64,000 nt of DNA from Lama glama. Taxonomy: Eukaryota. Location: assembly GCA_028534125.1 (NCBI GenBank), contig CM052817.1, positions 76,262,001-76,326,000 on the forward strand, read 5' to 3'. Each line of letters begins with the position of its first letter. Positions within the stretch are counted from its first letter, which is position 1. The notes beneath the pieces are model-generated. The model ran no database searches and was not told where the DNA came from. It saw nothing but the letters and a program-made list of their open reading frames with translations. The translations under genes were made by a program, and so were the position numbers. Positions 1-13,972 of this stretch are shown here, in pieces.

Positions 1-480
1 TTGCACTGCACTGTGAATGGAAAAGAGAACTTTCTTGTTTTAACGAGTGAATTTGAAGATATAAAGAATAGATATTGTTACTTTTCTTATTTAATAGATA
101 CTTTAAATATTAGGCTGTAGTCCTTCATTCCAACAAGAATGTGATAGCTCATTCATTTAGTTTCTATTTCCACAATTTTCATTACCCGAGTAACTTTATT
201 GCATTCTGAATTTCTTACTATTTTTAATGACTTTGATTTCACATCGTTTTGCTTCAATAAACGATTCTTGAGGCCAAAGGCAGGTTTTACAATCCTGTAA
301 ACTGAACTACATCTAAAGCCCTCTCTCTAATAAGAAATGCTTATTGCCACTAAATATTTTTGTTCACTCACTTAGGTCTTTAAACTTATCAGTATTTTTT
401 TTTTCATGTGATGCTTCTTGGCTTTACCTTCCGATGAACTTCATCATCAGGTTTGGTCATTTCTGGTCACTCTTACCATT

Positions 481-736
481 TTTTTTCTTTTTTATTGAAG
501 TATATGGTTTACAATATTGTATTAATTTCTAGTGTGCAGTATAGTGATTCATTTATTCATATATATATTGCTTTTCATATTATTTTTCATTATAAGCCAT
601 TACAAGGTATTGAATATTGTTCCCTGTGTTGTACATTAGGACCTTGTTATTTATCTATTTTGTATAAAGTAGTTAGTATCTGCAAATCCCGAACTCCCAA
701 TTTATCCCTCCCCACCCCCTTTCCTCCTTCCACCTC
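481..736 (-). mobile_element. 5'-truncated L1 3' UTR fragment (cetartiodactyl type)
   Basis: PolyT followed by ttattgaagtata...tacaatattgt...ttccctgtg...tatctgcaaatcccgaactcc. Approximate TSD ctggt(c)actctta on both sides. Confidence 0.8.
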
Positions 737-1759
737 CTGGTACTCTTATCTTTAATCCCCTATTCTCCTGCTTTCCTTCTGAACACATTCTCAACCTACA
801 ACTCTCTAATCACAAACATTTTCCATCTTCTGAGCTGCTGAGCTGTCCTAGAGAAAAATCGCATAACTCTGCCAGGTGGGGCAGATTTATAGTTTCCAAT
901 TTCAGTTGGGTCCCCAAAATTGCTTGCCAATCCTTTTACTCTCAGTTTAACAGCTCTGACCTATGTAATGGTGTGAGAACAGCTCTCCCTTCCACAGCAT
1001 CTTGTACTTATTCCTGGGCATCTCAGAGGAGCCTTTTGCACACACCCAGTAGTGGATTTATGAGCTGTAGTCCCCACACTGCATTACCCTAGTCCCCATC
1101 CTGCCTTAGCTTCCACTTGCCTACACCTGCTTCGCACACAATTGCTTATGGAAACCTGACCACTGCCAGTTACCATCCTGAAATGCCAGCATCCCTACTA
1201 GGATCGCTGTCACCCAATGCTCTGAGTGCCTCTCTTCCTTGGAGGGTCTGAGTGATGCAATGTTTATCCTGGTGGCAGAAAAAAAAGGGTTTCCTCTCAG
1301 CCTGCTATCCCATGTGGTCATCAGAACATAAAAGCAGCTGGGCTCCTGGCCAGAGACTTGCACAGTTTTCGTATGCAATCCTGGGAACCTGTGGCTCTCA
1401 CTTCTCTATCCGTTGTAGCCACTCAAGTTTCTTCCCTGGAGCCACCAAGGAAATAGACAGGTCATGATTTACCCTATATTCTCTCTTTTTCTCCTCCAGC
1501 TCTTCCTCCAACAAAAGTATCTTCTCTACTACTAGATGTAAAAGAGACAATTGCAGACAAACAGAAATGGATGTGCAGAGGTAAACTGATAGTGCCTATT
1601 TCACTTTGGATATAATGGGCCAAATATCTTTTGTTATCCTTTCTGTGCCCTCTCCCTTCACACCCTCCTACTGATTATAAATGAACAACATTCTATCCAA
1701 GCCTTCAAATCAGAATCATTTTGGATGTACAAACCTATAGGGAGAAAATAGTTTCTCCT

Positions 1760-2045
1760 TACATTCATTCAAAAACATTTATTCACTCATTGAACAGTTT
1801 TCTTGGGACTATACTAGGTGATGCACAGGTACAAATTTTCAGTGTGCACTTTCTGTCCCCAAGGCAGGCATGATGTAGGAGCACAGCAGTTTAGCAGAGA
1901 AATAAATACAATAACATTGTATTGGTAAAAGTTGATGTAATATAAAAGGAGGTCACAAAGAGCAGAAGAATTTGATTTGAGGTGGAAAGCAAGTTTCCCA
2001 GAGGACATGATAGATGAGAAGTTTGAATTTGATTATGTAAGTAGA
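1760..2045 (-). mobile_element. L2 3'-end fragment
   Basis: cattcattcaaaaacatttatt start typical of the reverse-complemented L2 terminus. Confidence 0.45.
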
Positions 2046-3525
2046 GGCTATCTCTCCTATATAAAATAATTGTAAGCATCAAATTTTATGAAACATACAG
2101 AATCATTTTGACAAATTTAAGAAAGTAAAATATAATGGCTTCTTTTTTTCCTATACAGATGAGTGTACACAAATTATACAAGTATATGTGATAGAAGGTG
2201 AATCGCCTCCTACTGAAAACAGCATATCTTCATCATTCTGTCCTTATTCTTATCATGCCGTGGATCAGTCTCACCACATCTGTGCAGTAAGTATAATGTG
2301 ACCATAGTTTCTCTGGTTCACCCAGATGTATGGCTCTGTCAACCACCCTGTCTCTCACCTTACATGAATTTAAACTTCATTATTTTAATTACAAACGTTT
2401 AGAGAGCACCTAATTGTGTGTAAGGCACTGTGTTGTATCCTGTGGTTGAGACAGCAAAAGGTGTGTGTGTTGATAGACAGGGCTTGGTCTTTGGCCACAA
2501 GCAGTTTACTTAGAAGGTAAAGGACAAAATACTTATTATCTGAATATTAGATAGACCTTCATATATTTTTTAAGTCTTGTCTCAGCCAAAAGATGACAAC
2601 CATTCTCTGCTTGAAGAGACTTAATAGAATCTGATAGAAGTAGAATTAATAAAGCACATTTGAATGGCATGCTGTGGTAGGGAAAACAGCCCTAAGTTTA
2701 TTATTCGCAATAAAATATATATGAATGCTGTCTTTTAGGATAATACCACTTCAAATATTTCTATGTAAGAGCAAACAAAAATGTATCTAGAAGAGATATT
2801 AAAAAATAAAATTTAGGTGATTAACCTCCACGTGGAAGGAGGGCTTTTTGCTGTTTTGGTAATTACTCTTTGATTTTTTTGATTGTTGTTTATTTGGATA
2901 ATGGGCCAGCCTTGCTATATGATGGCACATGGAGAGAGTCAATATCTGAGTTTTATGGCAACTCTGCGTTACTGTTACAGGTCTGTAACATGACCTTCAG
3001 CGTAGGTCATTAAGGTCTAAGCATTGCATCTATTAGTGAAGGTCGTCATTCTGAATTTTCACAAGGAAACAGAACCACACTAAGTATTATGAGACAAAAG
3101 AGTTTGTAACAGAGTTCGGGCTTCCACACATGTAGAAAGAGCAGGGACTATGCAGATCATGAGGCTGCAGCTGGAAGGGCGGAGAAACAGTCACTGAAGA
3201 CACCAGCCTGGCCAACTGTATGAAATGGCTTTTCAAAGTTTGCAGGGAAAACGCCACAACTCTCACTTATCTGGATACAATCCTACCAATTGTCTCAACT
3301 TGAAAGAGGAAAGCTGGAAATTGCAGGGAAGTCTGAGTAGTGGCCACATTTGGCCATCAGCATCTCATGAGAATATAATGACTCTTCCTCTGTTCTTCAT
3401 AACAGATGTGAGGGCCATTCATTGACAAATACTGATCTGGAACCATTGAAGGAGAGGGTTCTAAGAAATGTTGTACCTGATAAGACAGTAATGTGAGGTT
3501 TACTACTAGCACAGGAAGGAGCTGG

Positions 3526-3685
3526 TTATTTTATTTATTATTATTATTTTTTGGGTGGGGGGAGGTAATTAGGTGTGTTTGTTTGTTTGTTTATTTATTT
3601 ATTTATTTTTAGAGGACTTGCTGGGGATTGAACCCAGGACCTTGTGCTAAGCATGCTCTCTATCGCTGAAGCTATACCCTCCCCC
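3526..3685 (-). mobile_element. tRNA-derived SINE, Vic-1-like (camelid)
   Basis: Minus strand reads GGGGGAGGGTATAGCTTCAGCGATAGAG...CTTAGCAC...GGTCCTGGGTTCAATCCCCAG (A/B boxes), then an AAAT-rich tail with cctaattacctcccc. Approximate TSD agga(g/a)ctgg. Confidence 0.8.
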
Positions 3686-4190
3686 GAGGAACTGGCATTT
3701 TAAACAGGATTTGATATTTACTGCCCTAAGATATCCCTACTCAAAGTCTTTTTAGGGTCATAAATAATTTGATTGTGCTAAATTTAGCCTTAGTGTTTTA
3801 TAATCCAATTAATTTGAAGTTTAAGGGATAATGAAGGATGTTAAACTTTCATTTCCTAATATGATCTAATACACTGAAAATCATATACTGAAATCTTGTT
3901 ATTTACCAAAAGTTGTTTTTTAAGAGCTTGCCACATTTAAATATTTTGAAATATTTTAATTAGGTTGATAATACGGTGAAAAAATGGATTCTATCACTAA
4001 CTATGTTACATTAAGAATGTACTTGTTTTTCTGTAAAATCAGAATATTGTCATCTCTATTTGCTAAGTATTTTTCACGAGTGGATAAATCCTTTATTTTT
4101 CAAAAAGAAACAGTCTAGAAGATGCAATGTGACAGTGTTTATATGATATCTGTGTGGTTTATGTGTATACATGCATCTGCATGAGTGATC

Positions 4191-4214
4191 TCACACACAC
4201 ACACACACACACAC
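4191..4214. repeat. (CA)n microsatellite
   Basis: Direct reading. Confidence 0.9.
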
Positions 4215-5116
4215 CCGATGGAGTATACTTTTATCCAATTTGGTAACTAAACATATCAATAGAAATTCTATAGTTACAGCAATCCACTTTTTCTATTACA
4301 CACGACTATTTTCTCTTTCTGAGCTAAATCCAATACCTTGAACCAGTAAAAATACTTTATTCTTAGTACTGCCAATATTCCCAGAGGCATAGCGGTGATA
4401 CTTTCCTTAAAATAATTCTGCCTGCTGGGCAAGAGGCTTTTTTCAGCATTAAATAGAACAAAATCAGTCTTGTAGCTGCTATCTGCTTTACTGTGTGTGG
4501 ACCTACGTTAAGATACTTTTAAAATTAAATGTCAAATCCAGGTTGACATTAGAAACACAGCAGTGCTTGATATTTGATGAGAAGCTGTCAACTTTCCTCT
4601 CCCTGTCAAATTGCTGGCTGCTTCTTCATGATGAGTTTAGGCTAAGCCAGGACTGCTAGGCACAGTTCCATATAAAGAGGTCTCTATACTGTATGGTGTG
4701 TGTGTGTGTTTACTGGAAGTAAGTGTGAGAAGAGACAAACTATTTGTTATTGGGAAACGAAACTTCATTCTTCTAATTATTAAGATTATTTTAGGAATGA
4801 TCTTTGTAGATGAATCGAAAATTCAGAAATTTCATCCAGAGTTAGACATGAAGAGGTAAGCTGAATTCCTTCCAAGTGGTAATTTCCATGAAAAATGGAA
4901 TCTTTGAACCTTAGGCTACAGTTTTGAGGGAAGTTCTTATTCTGTTGTTTGCTAAACCAATAGTGTATCTTAATCTTTCACTTTATTTTGACTGAATAAC
5001 ACTGTTAGATAAATGTGTCAGGGGTGGGTGGGGAGTGTGAGAGTGTATGGCTGTGTAGCCAGAACACAGCGAGGAATTGGTAGGCAGGATGCTTTGGTTC
5101 TGTTTTCTGTTTTTAA

Positions 5117-5125
5117 ACACAGACA

Positions 5126-5157
<32 letters not shown>

Positions 5158-5176
5158 TACACACACACATACACAC
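5117..5176. repeat. Interrupted (CA)n microsatellite
   Basis: Direct reading; explains the HTHT/VCVC spurious ORFs. Confidence 0.9.
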
Positions 5177-8100
5177 CCCTCATTCTATGTGGTCATATAT
5201 TTCTCAGGAAATTATGCAGTGCTTAGTATCTCAGAAAATGGAGGTGATTACCTAAATGTTTGAAGCACTTTTTTTCTTTCTTTTTACTGGATATAGACTC
5301 CTGGCTTGACAATTTCTCTCAGCACTGAGGTTTATGTAACTCAGGCTTCTACCACCACCATCCCTGTGGAGAATCCAATCTCCTCTCAGACTGTTTTCTG
5401 TTCTTAATTTCTCACTTTGTTCTAGCAATTTTTAAGATCATCTCTCTGCATTTAGTTTTCTGAAGTGACACTATGATATTACTAGGTAGGTGTATGTGTG
5501 TGTGAATTGTGCCTGAGATTTACTGAGTGCGTTGGATGTAAAGACTGGTGTTGTTTGACAGCTCTGGCAACTTTCCAGCTACCACCTTCTAACGTATGGC
5601 CTCTGCTTCCTCTTGCCTCCTTTTCTGGAACTCTAGTTAAGCACACACCAAACCTTCTCATTCTAGACTTTATGGCCCCTGTTTCCTTGTGCTATTTTGT
5701 CTTATTTTTTTCTAACATCGCCTCCAGTTTCAAATGTTTTCAATTTGCTGCTTATTTCATTAAGTTTAAATTTTCCTCATCATATATATATATTTTTCTT
5801 GAACTTCTATTTCTCTCCAAGTCAGCTACATCACATTTTATATTTCCCTATGCCCTGAAAATATGTTCAAGCTTGTATTATTCGTTATGTTTAGTACAAA
5901 AAATCTGTTAACATTAGTGTGTGAAAGTCTTTTTCTGTCATCTATCATATGTTTATGATGCTTTGTTTCTTTGTGTACTTAAATTATTATATGATTTATT
6001 GTGAAATGCTTATATATTTGTAAATTTGCTTTGGCAGTTATTTAAACAATTATCTGGAAAACTAAATGAAATAAGTTTTTTTTGCAAAATAATTTTACCA
6101 ATTTAACATCTCTAATTCTTATTGCAGAATGTGCATTTTGTTGGACCATAGGGAAGAGAATTCCTAGGAACAGATTCTGCTGGTTTACTTTAGCACATAA
6201 AACTTTACTGAAGCATATAAAACTACTAACCGCTTTACTTACGCATATAAAACTACTAACCTGTCTATTATATGTCTTTGAGTTGATGAAAAATAGCTTT
6301 CAAAAATGATAGTAGAAATGGAGAATTTAAGTCTTAACTATCTGTGAATAATTTTGTCTTATAAATTTTTACATGTATATTAACTTCAGCAAAACCTTAC
6401 ATAACAGGATTTGTTTATTTGTTCATTTCTTCCAATATTTTAAAATTAGGTACTTGGGAAAAACAGAAATTGAATAATGAGGAAATCTTACTAACTTCAA
6501 GAATTTAAGGCTATTGTCATAATCACTAAAAAGATTGACTCTGTAATGTAGAAACTAAAATATTTTGTAAAATAAAAATAATATATTTTATAGTATCATT
6601 GTAAATATAATGAAACATTTCTTTCTCATAAGTTTTCAAATTTGGTAAAAGTATTTAAGTAAAACTCACAAAAATAAAAAGACAAGTTTTTTTCCTCATG
6701 TTTTATTGTTTGAAACTAGAACAACTAGCTCAAATTAATTTGAGTCAATATTGAAGTTGCTTTCTATGTAAAACATTCCCCAATACATGACAACTATCTT
6801 TCTTTTTAGAATAATTTAGAAGAAAACATTATTAGACAACTAATGTTAATATATTTTTTTAAAAGGCATGGTGGTGTTGTTCTCCAAGACTGCCTGTAGA
6901 CTCTGGCAAGGCAAATGTTTCTCTTCTTAACAACGTTGAACCCAGATGCAAATAAATAGCATTTCTCCGGGAAGCAAAGTCAATCTCAGAACTTCATAAG
7001 ATATGTGTTGCGGGCCAGCAGCACTGCACATTAAAACTCTGCAGCATGAGTTGGAGGTCATCCTAATAGCACTGCCCTAGTGGAAAAGGATTGGACCTTC
7101 ACTATAGACTTCCCTGCCAGACCCTATTCCTGTTTGACACCTTCATTTGACCCAGTCACAGTTTCTTCTGGGATGGAGTATATTTCTTTAATAATGTAAC
7201 ATTCCAGAGAGTGACTCCAATGCAGGGACTATTAAAGGGCATAGTTACCCACAGAAGGACCATCATGCAGGAAGATAATAAGTGATACAGTAAAGAGATG
7301 TCCCCACCAGGGCACCACCAGGAATTAATTCAAACAGCTGTCACAGAATTTCATACAAAGTACGAAGTGGATACCTGTGACTCCACCTCTAATTTACAAA
7401 TTCTCTCATATTGTCAACTGTTCTCATACATTAAACTCTAGGTCTGCCTATATTTTGGTAAATTAAATTTATTTTTTTGTAGTTTTCAAAATGGTTTCCA
7501 TGTGATCTATCACATCGAATTGTCTTTATTTTGACATTTTAGTGGGCTGGTTGTTTCCTCCAAGCTGCACCAACCACGTCATTCGCACAGGAATGTCATT
7601 AGCGACTTAATGCCAACAAGTGTCACTTCTAGAGTTATTGGCTTCTTTGAGTTTGCCCTCCTCGCTCTAGTGCCTGGTCCCACACACTCTCCTAAGTTGT
7701 TTCCAGCTATTCTTCCTTCACCATCCCCACTCTGCTACAGGTCAGCATAAGACGTGCCCCTTGAGCAAGGGTGTGTACCATTTCCACCTCTATGCTTTCC
7801 TTTCCCACAGCCCACTGACGCCTCTGCACGGCTGGGGAACTCTGGCTACCCCACTGCCCTCAGCACTGCCCCTCCTGACCACACAAGGCCGAGGACTCCC
7901 AGCGGGGCAACAGTGCTGAGCACACTGACTTTGCTTTTCCAACAACTCTGCTGGAATCAGGATTTATTTTATTTGCATCTGAGCCTCTCACTGCAGAATG
8001 GCTCTCAGAGACCTTATAGATGCCAAAGCACACTGTACTAGGTGTTTTTCTTTTCAAGGTCATCTGACTCTCTGCTCTCCTAGGCAGCTCTGGTATTGCA

Positions 8101-10251
8101 CTGGGGCTGATTCTCAAGCTTAGATGCCACTTGACTACAAACTGCAGAAGGCATATTACATATGCACATATTACAATACACATATTACATCGTGTCCCCA
8201 CATTGTATCCACCAGGTCAGGAATATAACAAGCACCCAATAAATCTTTAAGGAATGGAGCTTAATTTATTTTAGTTGTTGAGACTTACTTTTCTTCTGAA
8301 GACAGGGGAATGATTTCCTAATCGTTATCGGGTATTCTTTCATAAAGACAACAAAGTAGAAGCTTAGGCCTACAGAGGTCAATAGGACAGTCCTTTTACT
8401 TTACAGAGCTTTGTTGTCACCAAAGTTGGAGCAAGTATCAGTGATGCTGTTTTACCTGTTCCATGTGACACTCATGCACTGTTACTGGTCACCTAGGAAG
8501 AAAGATACACTAAAGCCTTCCCTTGTTGACTTTTTTCTTGCCATCTTTTGGATCCCTTTTTCCCCTCGCCCCCAGCTGCATGATTTTATCAGACATACTG
8601 TGTAAATATGAACCTCAACTATTCATAAAGTTTGTGTTGTTTTATTCTAATACATATATGTGCATATATATGATAGAGTGTGCCATAAGCTATTTTTAAA
8701 TGGGAGAAATCACATTAAAAAATTTATTTCTGTTAACACACAGTAATATTAAAAATCCAGCCTGCAAAATGCAGTGAAATTGCACATTTAAGTAGTGTTA
8801 ATGAATTCCAGAGTCTTTTGGATGTTTTACTATGAATTAGCATCACTGGCAGGGATAATTAAGTTGATTAAAAATATCAGGAGGCTTTTTTCTTCTTGAT
8901 GTGGATTTACAATGAAGCATACTTTCCTTTTCCCCTTTTTTTCTTTTTAAATTGTCATAAGCGCTGTTTAGTCCTAGTCATAATAATTGAACGGAAAGAT
9001 ACAAACTTCAATTCAAAAGAAAATCTCAGATCTTCAGTTTCCTCAGAATCTAATGAACACCTGGTGCTTTTGAAATATATTATTTGAATTTTTTGGAAAG
9101 TAGAGTGGAGACAAAAAAAAATTAAGACCAAGAGGCAAAATAAAGCAAAAAAAATCTGTGCATTATAGCTAGAGACATATTACTTTCAATATCTTTGCAT
9201 CATCTGCTGATAACATAAATGCATACAGTATTTGCTGAAATTTCACTTATTGACATTTTCATGATTAATGGATTTGATTTTTTTTTCCCTACAAGTTACA
9301 GATTTGGTCACAGTTTTGACTCTGCTATACAAAAGGTTAAGGATAACATTTTAAAATTTGCCATAGGTATTGTAAAGATATAGAGAGTGAAACGAAAAAA
9401 ATATGTCTTATAAATGTGCATTTTGTCTTTTAATATAGATTTTAATTAATAATATGAATAGATATACAATTTAAGGAGATCATATTCCACCCATTTTCAG
9501 CAAGCCTCTATAGTAGATTTCAATTCCAACTTGGAATGTGGTGCAATATATAAAAATTCCAGCAGTAGTTCTGTGGCTAAAGGCAATGCAGGGAGTTTAC
9601 GGTTGCTTAGGTTAAGCTGTTTTCTGATAAGAGTTTAGTTTGCTGGAGTTTCACTGAATAACCGGCCTCGCTGCCCTAACAACTAGGTATGATGGTGGAA
9701 CCTGTGAAATCGTAGAATCGTGTTTCAAAAAATAAAAGTTTAAATGTTACAGTGTGACACATGGCTACTGTTATGAGTAATGATTCTGTGCTGCATTAGT
9801 AGGAAGAATTCAAGAGGACTCCTGAGCATCGAAAGTCCTCCTGGGATTTGAGAAGTGTGGAATACATGCTAACGGAAGTGGTGAGTTTGGCTAGTTTAAT
9901 AAATAATAGCTGCACACAGTGTCTGCAACTTTTTGGTGGCAGTCTGCCGTTTTGGGGGGACAGTCACTCTCTGTTGGGTTTGACAAATTCTTTCATTGAC
10001 TGATCGAGACAGACATCTCCACAGCCCCCACAGAATATGAATTGTTAGTCAATTATTAGCCAAAGAGAGAGGCCAGCTGCACATGCTGAGTTCACTGTCT
10101 TCCCCATCTGAATAGATTTTATTTTTCTTTTCTGAGAGAAAAAAAAATGGCAGTAATGATAAATCTAATTAAACCTACTACAATGCAGTTATATAGAATA
10201 TAGAATAAACCTTTTCAAATGGGCTTTGTTTTCCTTGTCCTTCACTATCAC

Positions 10252-10751
10252 NNNNNNNNNNNNNNNNNNNNNNNNNNNNNNNNNNNNNNNNNNNNNNNNN
10301 NNNNNNNNNNNNNNNNNNNNNNNNNNNNNNNNNNNNNNNNNNNNNNNNNNNNNNNNNNNNNNNNNNNNNNNNNNNNNNNNNNNNNNNNNNNNNNNNNNNN
10401 NNNNNNNNNNNNNNNNNNNNNNNNNNNNNNNNNNNNNNNNNNNNNNNNNNNNNNNNNNNNNNNNNNNNNNNNNNNNNNNNNNNNNNNNNNNNNNNNNNNN
10501 NNNNNNNNNNNNNNNNNNNNNNNNNNNNNNNNNNNNNNNNNNNNNNNNNNNNNNNNNNNNNNNNNNNNNNNNNNNNNNNNNNNNNNNNNNNNNNNNNNNN
10601 NNNNNNNNNNNNNNNNNNNNNNNNNNNNNNNNNNNNNNNNNNNNNNNNNNNNNNNNNNNNNNNNNNNNNNNNNNNNNNNNNNNNNNNNNNNNNNNNNNNN
10701 NNNNNNNNNNNNNNNNNNNNNNNNNNNNNNNNNNNNNNNNNNNNNNNNNNN
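10252..10751. other. Assembly gap (500 N)
   Basis: Run of N. Confidence 1.
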
Positions 10752-10904
10752 AACAATAATTCATACATTTGGGGAAAGAATTCATTGTAAAATATCAACT
10801 AGACACAGAAGTGCAACTATGGCTATACTTGAATTTTCTAGTGCCTCCTACCCAGACGTGAGGGAAAACTCAATGCCATACAGTTATATAGTACTTAAAA
10901 ATGC

Positions 10905-11280
10905 ATAGCGGAGAAAAGAATGAGTAGGTAGAGCACAGAGGATTTTTAGGTAATGATATTATTTTGTTTGATAATGGTGGATACGTGCCATTCTATGTTT
11001 GTCAAAACCCATAGAATATGTAACACCAAGCATGAAGCCCAACGTAAACTATAGACTTTTGGTGATTATGATGTGTCAGCATAGGTTCAGGGATTGTAAC
11101 AAACATATCACTGGGATACAGGATGCTGACAGTAGGGGAAGCTCTCTGTGTCGGGAGGCGGGGAAGGGGAAGTGAAGATCAGGGAATATAGGGAAACTCT
11201 GTGCTTTCTGCTCAGCTTTGCTATAAACGAAAACAAAACCTGCTCTAAAAATAAAATCTATTGAAAAATAAATAAGTAAA
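10905..11280 (+). mobile_element. Old L1 (L1MC-like) 3' UTR
   Basis: gagcacagaggatttttagg...tttgtcaaaacccatagaat...gtaaactatagact...ctgctctaaaaataaa, similar to 58790-59090. Confidence 0.75.
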
Positions 11281-12444
11281 TGTATAGGGGAAAATCTATG
11301 TGTATGCATAAGTGCATATGTAAGTATAGATTAAATGAGGCTATATGCATTTATAGCATATATAAGTATATAGAGAGACACTCCATGAACAAGTGTTATC
11401 TTGTTAAGCCACATCCCTCAATAACAGTAGTATACAGACACACACACACACACATACACACACATACCCACTATGACTTTGTAAACACATAACTTTTTAA
11501 TCTCTAGAGTAGTTTCTTTTTGAAATATATCAATATCTTTGTCATTTTAGTGACATGCAAGCCAAGACTGAGAATGCTGAGGTGTCTTCCCAAGTTCGCC
11601 CAGCTCTAAGGGCCACAGCAAGGGCCTAACCCAGACTTCCTTTGTTAACCATTATTTATAATCTTATTATTACCTTCATCTGCTGAACTTTTAACAATAC
11701 AACTGGAAACATCTTTTTAAAGAAACAATTTATTAAAGTTTAAAAATTATATTTTAATGTTTATATCGACAACTGTGGCAACTTTACTGGTTTTGCTTAT
11801 TTGAGGAACAGCTTTTTAAAAATTAATTAGACAATAAAGGCAGCACAAGGCAGGAATATTAAATCTGTCTTTGGGTGTGCTTTTCAGTGTGTAATGGCCT
11901 AGGTGAAATTATAATGGCATATGAGGAAAGAGCTCTTTTCTTAAATTTTCCTCAAGCCGTGATATTCTGTGCACTGACCTTACTTGATTTGCTGAATGAA
12001 GCTGTTGGTATTGGAGTATTTTTTTTTTTTTACTTTGAATTCAGAGAGTTCACGTTCCCTTTATTTAAAATAGATACTTTGCCTGTATTATTGAGTAGCC
12101 ATATCTCTTAACAGCAACTCTAATCACTCCAATGGACAGAAGATGCACACATCATTACTGTGAAGTTAATTTAACATTTTAAAATTCAAGCAAACCTTTA
12201 ACCACATAACACATCCCATTGGCATTTCCTATGTTTTATAAATATCCCCTGAAATGGTTGGTTTATATATCAATGTATTTTTCAAACTGTAAAATGAAGA
12301 AGATGAGCTGACACAATGCAGTAGCCAAACACAATAGAACAAAGCAGGTCAACTGCCTCAGAGGCAGCTTCCTTAATGTATGACCACATTTATTGTATAC
12401 TTAAAAGTGCCAGATGTGGTACAGGGCCTAAAAAGGATTTGCTT

Positions 12445-12640
12445 TTTTTTTTCCCCTTATTTGTTTGTCTGTGGTTGATTTCAAGTTTCATGCCATTGTG
12501 ATCAGAAAAGACGCTTGAAATGATTTCTGTCTTCTTAAATTTGCTGAGGCTTCTTTTATGCCCAAGTATGTGGTCTATCCTCGAGAATAGTCCATGCACA
12601 CTTGAAAAGACTGTATATTCTGGTTTGGGGGATGTAATGT
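12445..12640 (-). mobile_element. Internal L1 ORF2 endonuclease fragment with A-run and perfect 11-bp TSD
   Basis: Encodes HGLFSRIDHILGHKRSLSKFKKTEIISSVFSDHNGMKLEINH. AGGATTTGCTT at 12434-12444 and 12641-12651. Confidence 0.85.
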
Positions 12641-13273
12641 AGGATTTGCTTATAGGGATTTAGATGGCAAAATTTAGGGTGTCATGTGACTGTATAATCA
12701 TGAGAACAATTCTAATTTAGTATCTAGAAATGTAGGGACTTTTATATGATGGATTCGTGATCATTTTTCTACATGCTTGAGGGGAACTGGCAGACACTAG
12801 TCTGTCTTACTCAGTATGGAAGTTTCACACAGGATGTAAATTTGATTGAGAGATGACAGAGAAAAAAAAAACCCTCTATTTCCAGAGAAACTCAGGAAGT
12901 GGGAGTATTTGTGAATTCTCTGGGAATCTAGTCTGTCATTAAGCCTCAATTACTTCCATATACCCACCACACTGTCTATCCTCTTCATCAGGGAAGTCAC
13001 CAGATTACAGTGGTCTGTGCTCCCCACTGGAATGCATTTTCTGCCCTGAATTCAAGTACCAAAGTCCTAGCCCAGTCCGTATTCCACATTCACAAAATTA
13101 CTTCTCCCCAAGAAATTCATCTCAGGAACTGCTCCAATATGTCATTTCCTGGGTGAAGCATCAGTAATAAATCTATTCTTATTCTGTATAAATTATTCTC
13201 ATTTAGTCTAGTTAAGTGAGAACTTAAAACTTTATCCATGTTTTTCCAAATTAAAAGGCTATCAGAATATTTT

Positions 13274-13546
13274 AACAAACTATGGTTACCAAAGAAGAAA
13301 GAGTGAGGGAGGGATAAATTAGGAGTTTGGGATTGACAGATATACATTACTATATATAAAATAGATAAACAACAAAGACCTACTCTATAGCACAGGGAAC
13401 TATATTCAGTTTCTTATAATAACACATGATGGGAAAGAATCTGAAAAGAAAAAATATGTATGTATGCATATGTATAACTGAATTGCTTTGCTATACACTT
13501 GAAACTAACATTGTAAATCAACTACATTTCAATAAAAGTAAAAAAT
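13274..13546 (+). mobile_element. 5'-truncated L1 3' UTR fragment
   Basis: aacaaactatggttaccaaag...gggataaattaggagtttggg...tatagcacagggaactatattc...A-rich end. TSD-like aatattttaa on both sides. Confidence 0.8.
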
Positions 13547-13830
13547 AATATTTTAAGTCTTCAAGAAAGCTTTAAAAACTAATGTTGTAACTCGAATCTC
13601 CTTGAATCCATTTTGAGTTAATACACTATTGGCTATACATATTTCCTCTACTGATGGTTTTAAATACTGATGAGAAAGAAATGAAGAAATAGCTACAGGT
13701 TGTTTTCTGACTGAAACGAAGTGAAGAATTATTCTGATCACTTGGAAAATAACTTCCTTGATTCTTACAAAACAAAGCAGGTTGAAAAACACATTTCTAC
13801 TATTTGTTAAGAAAAGTAAGACATACTTTT

Positions 13831-13972
13831 ATTGAGTTTTTTAGTTTGGTTTTTTTTTTTTGGAGGGGGAATTTGATTGATTGATTGATTGATTTCGTGG
13901 AGATACTGGGGATTGAACCCAGGACTTCCATGCATGCTAAGCGCACACTGTACCACTGAGCTATACCCTCCC
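13831..13972 (-). mobile_element. Vic-1-like tRNA-derived SINE
   Basis: Minus strand: GGGAGGGTATAGCTCAGTGGTACAGTGTGCGCTTAGCATGCATGGAAGTCCTGGGTTCAATCCCCAGTATCTCC plus A-rich tail. Approximate TSD aga(ca/tg)tactttt. Confidence 0.85.

Noticed and set aside
965..1490. Possible old ERVL-type LTR
   Set aside because: Composition is suggestive but I could not match diagnostic termini with enough confidence.
10178..10908. Long ORFs of 177-229 aa (and similar ones at 37011-38086 and 53629-54251)
   Set aside because: Artefacts of translating through N gaps.
13890..13972. tRNA gene (A/B boxes, tRNA-Ala-like)
   Set aside because: Has an A-rich tail, a TSD and several diverged copies in the window, so it is a SINE and not a tRNA gene.
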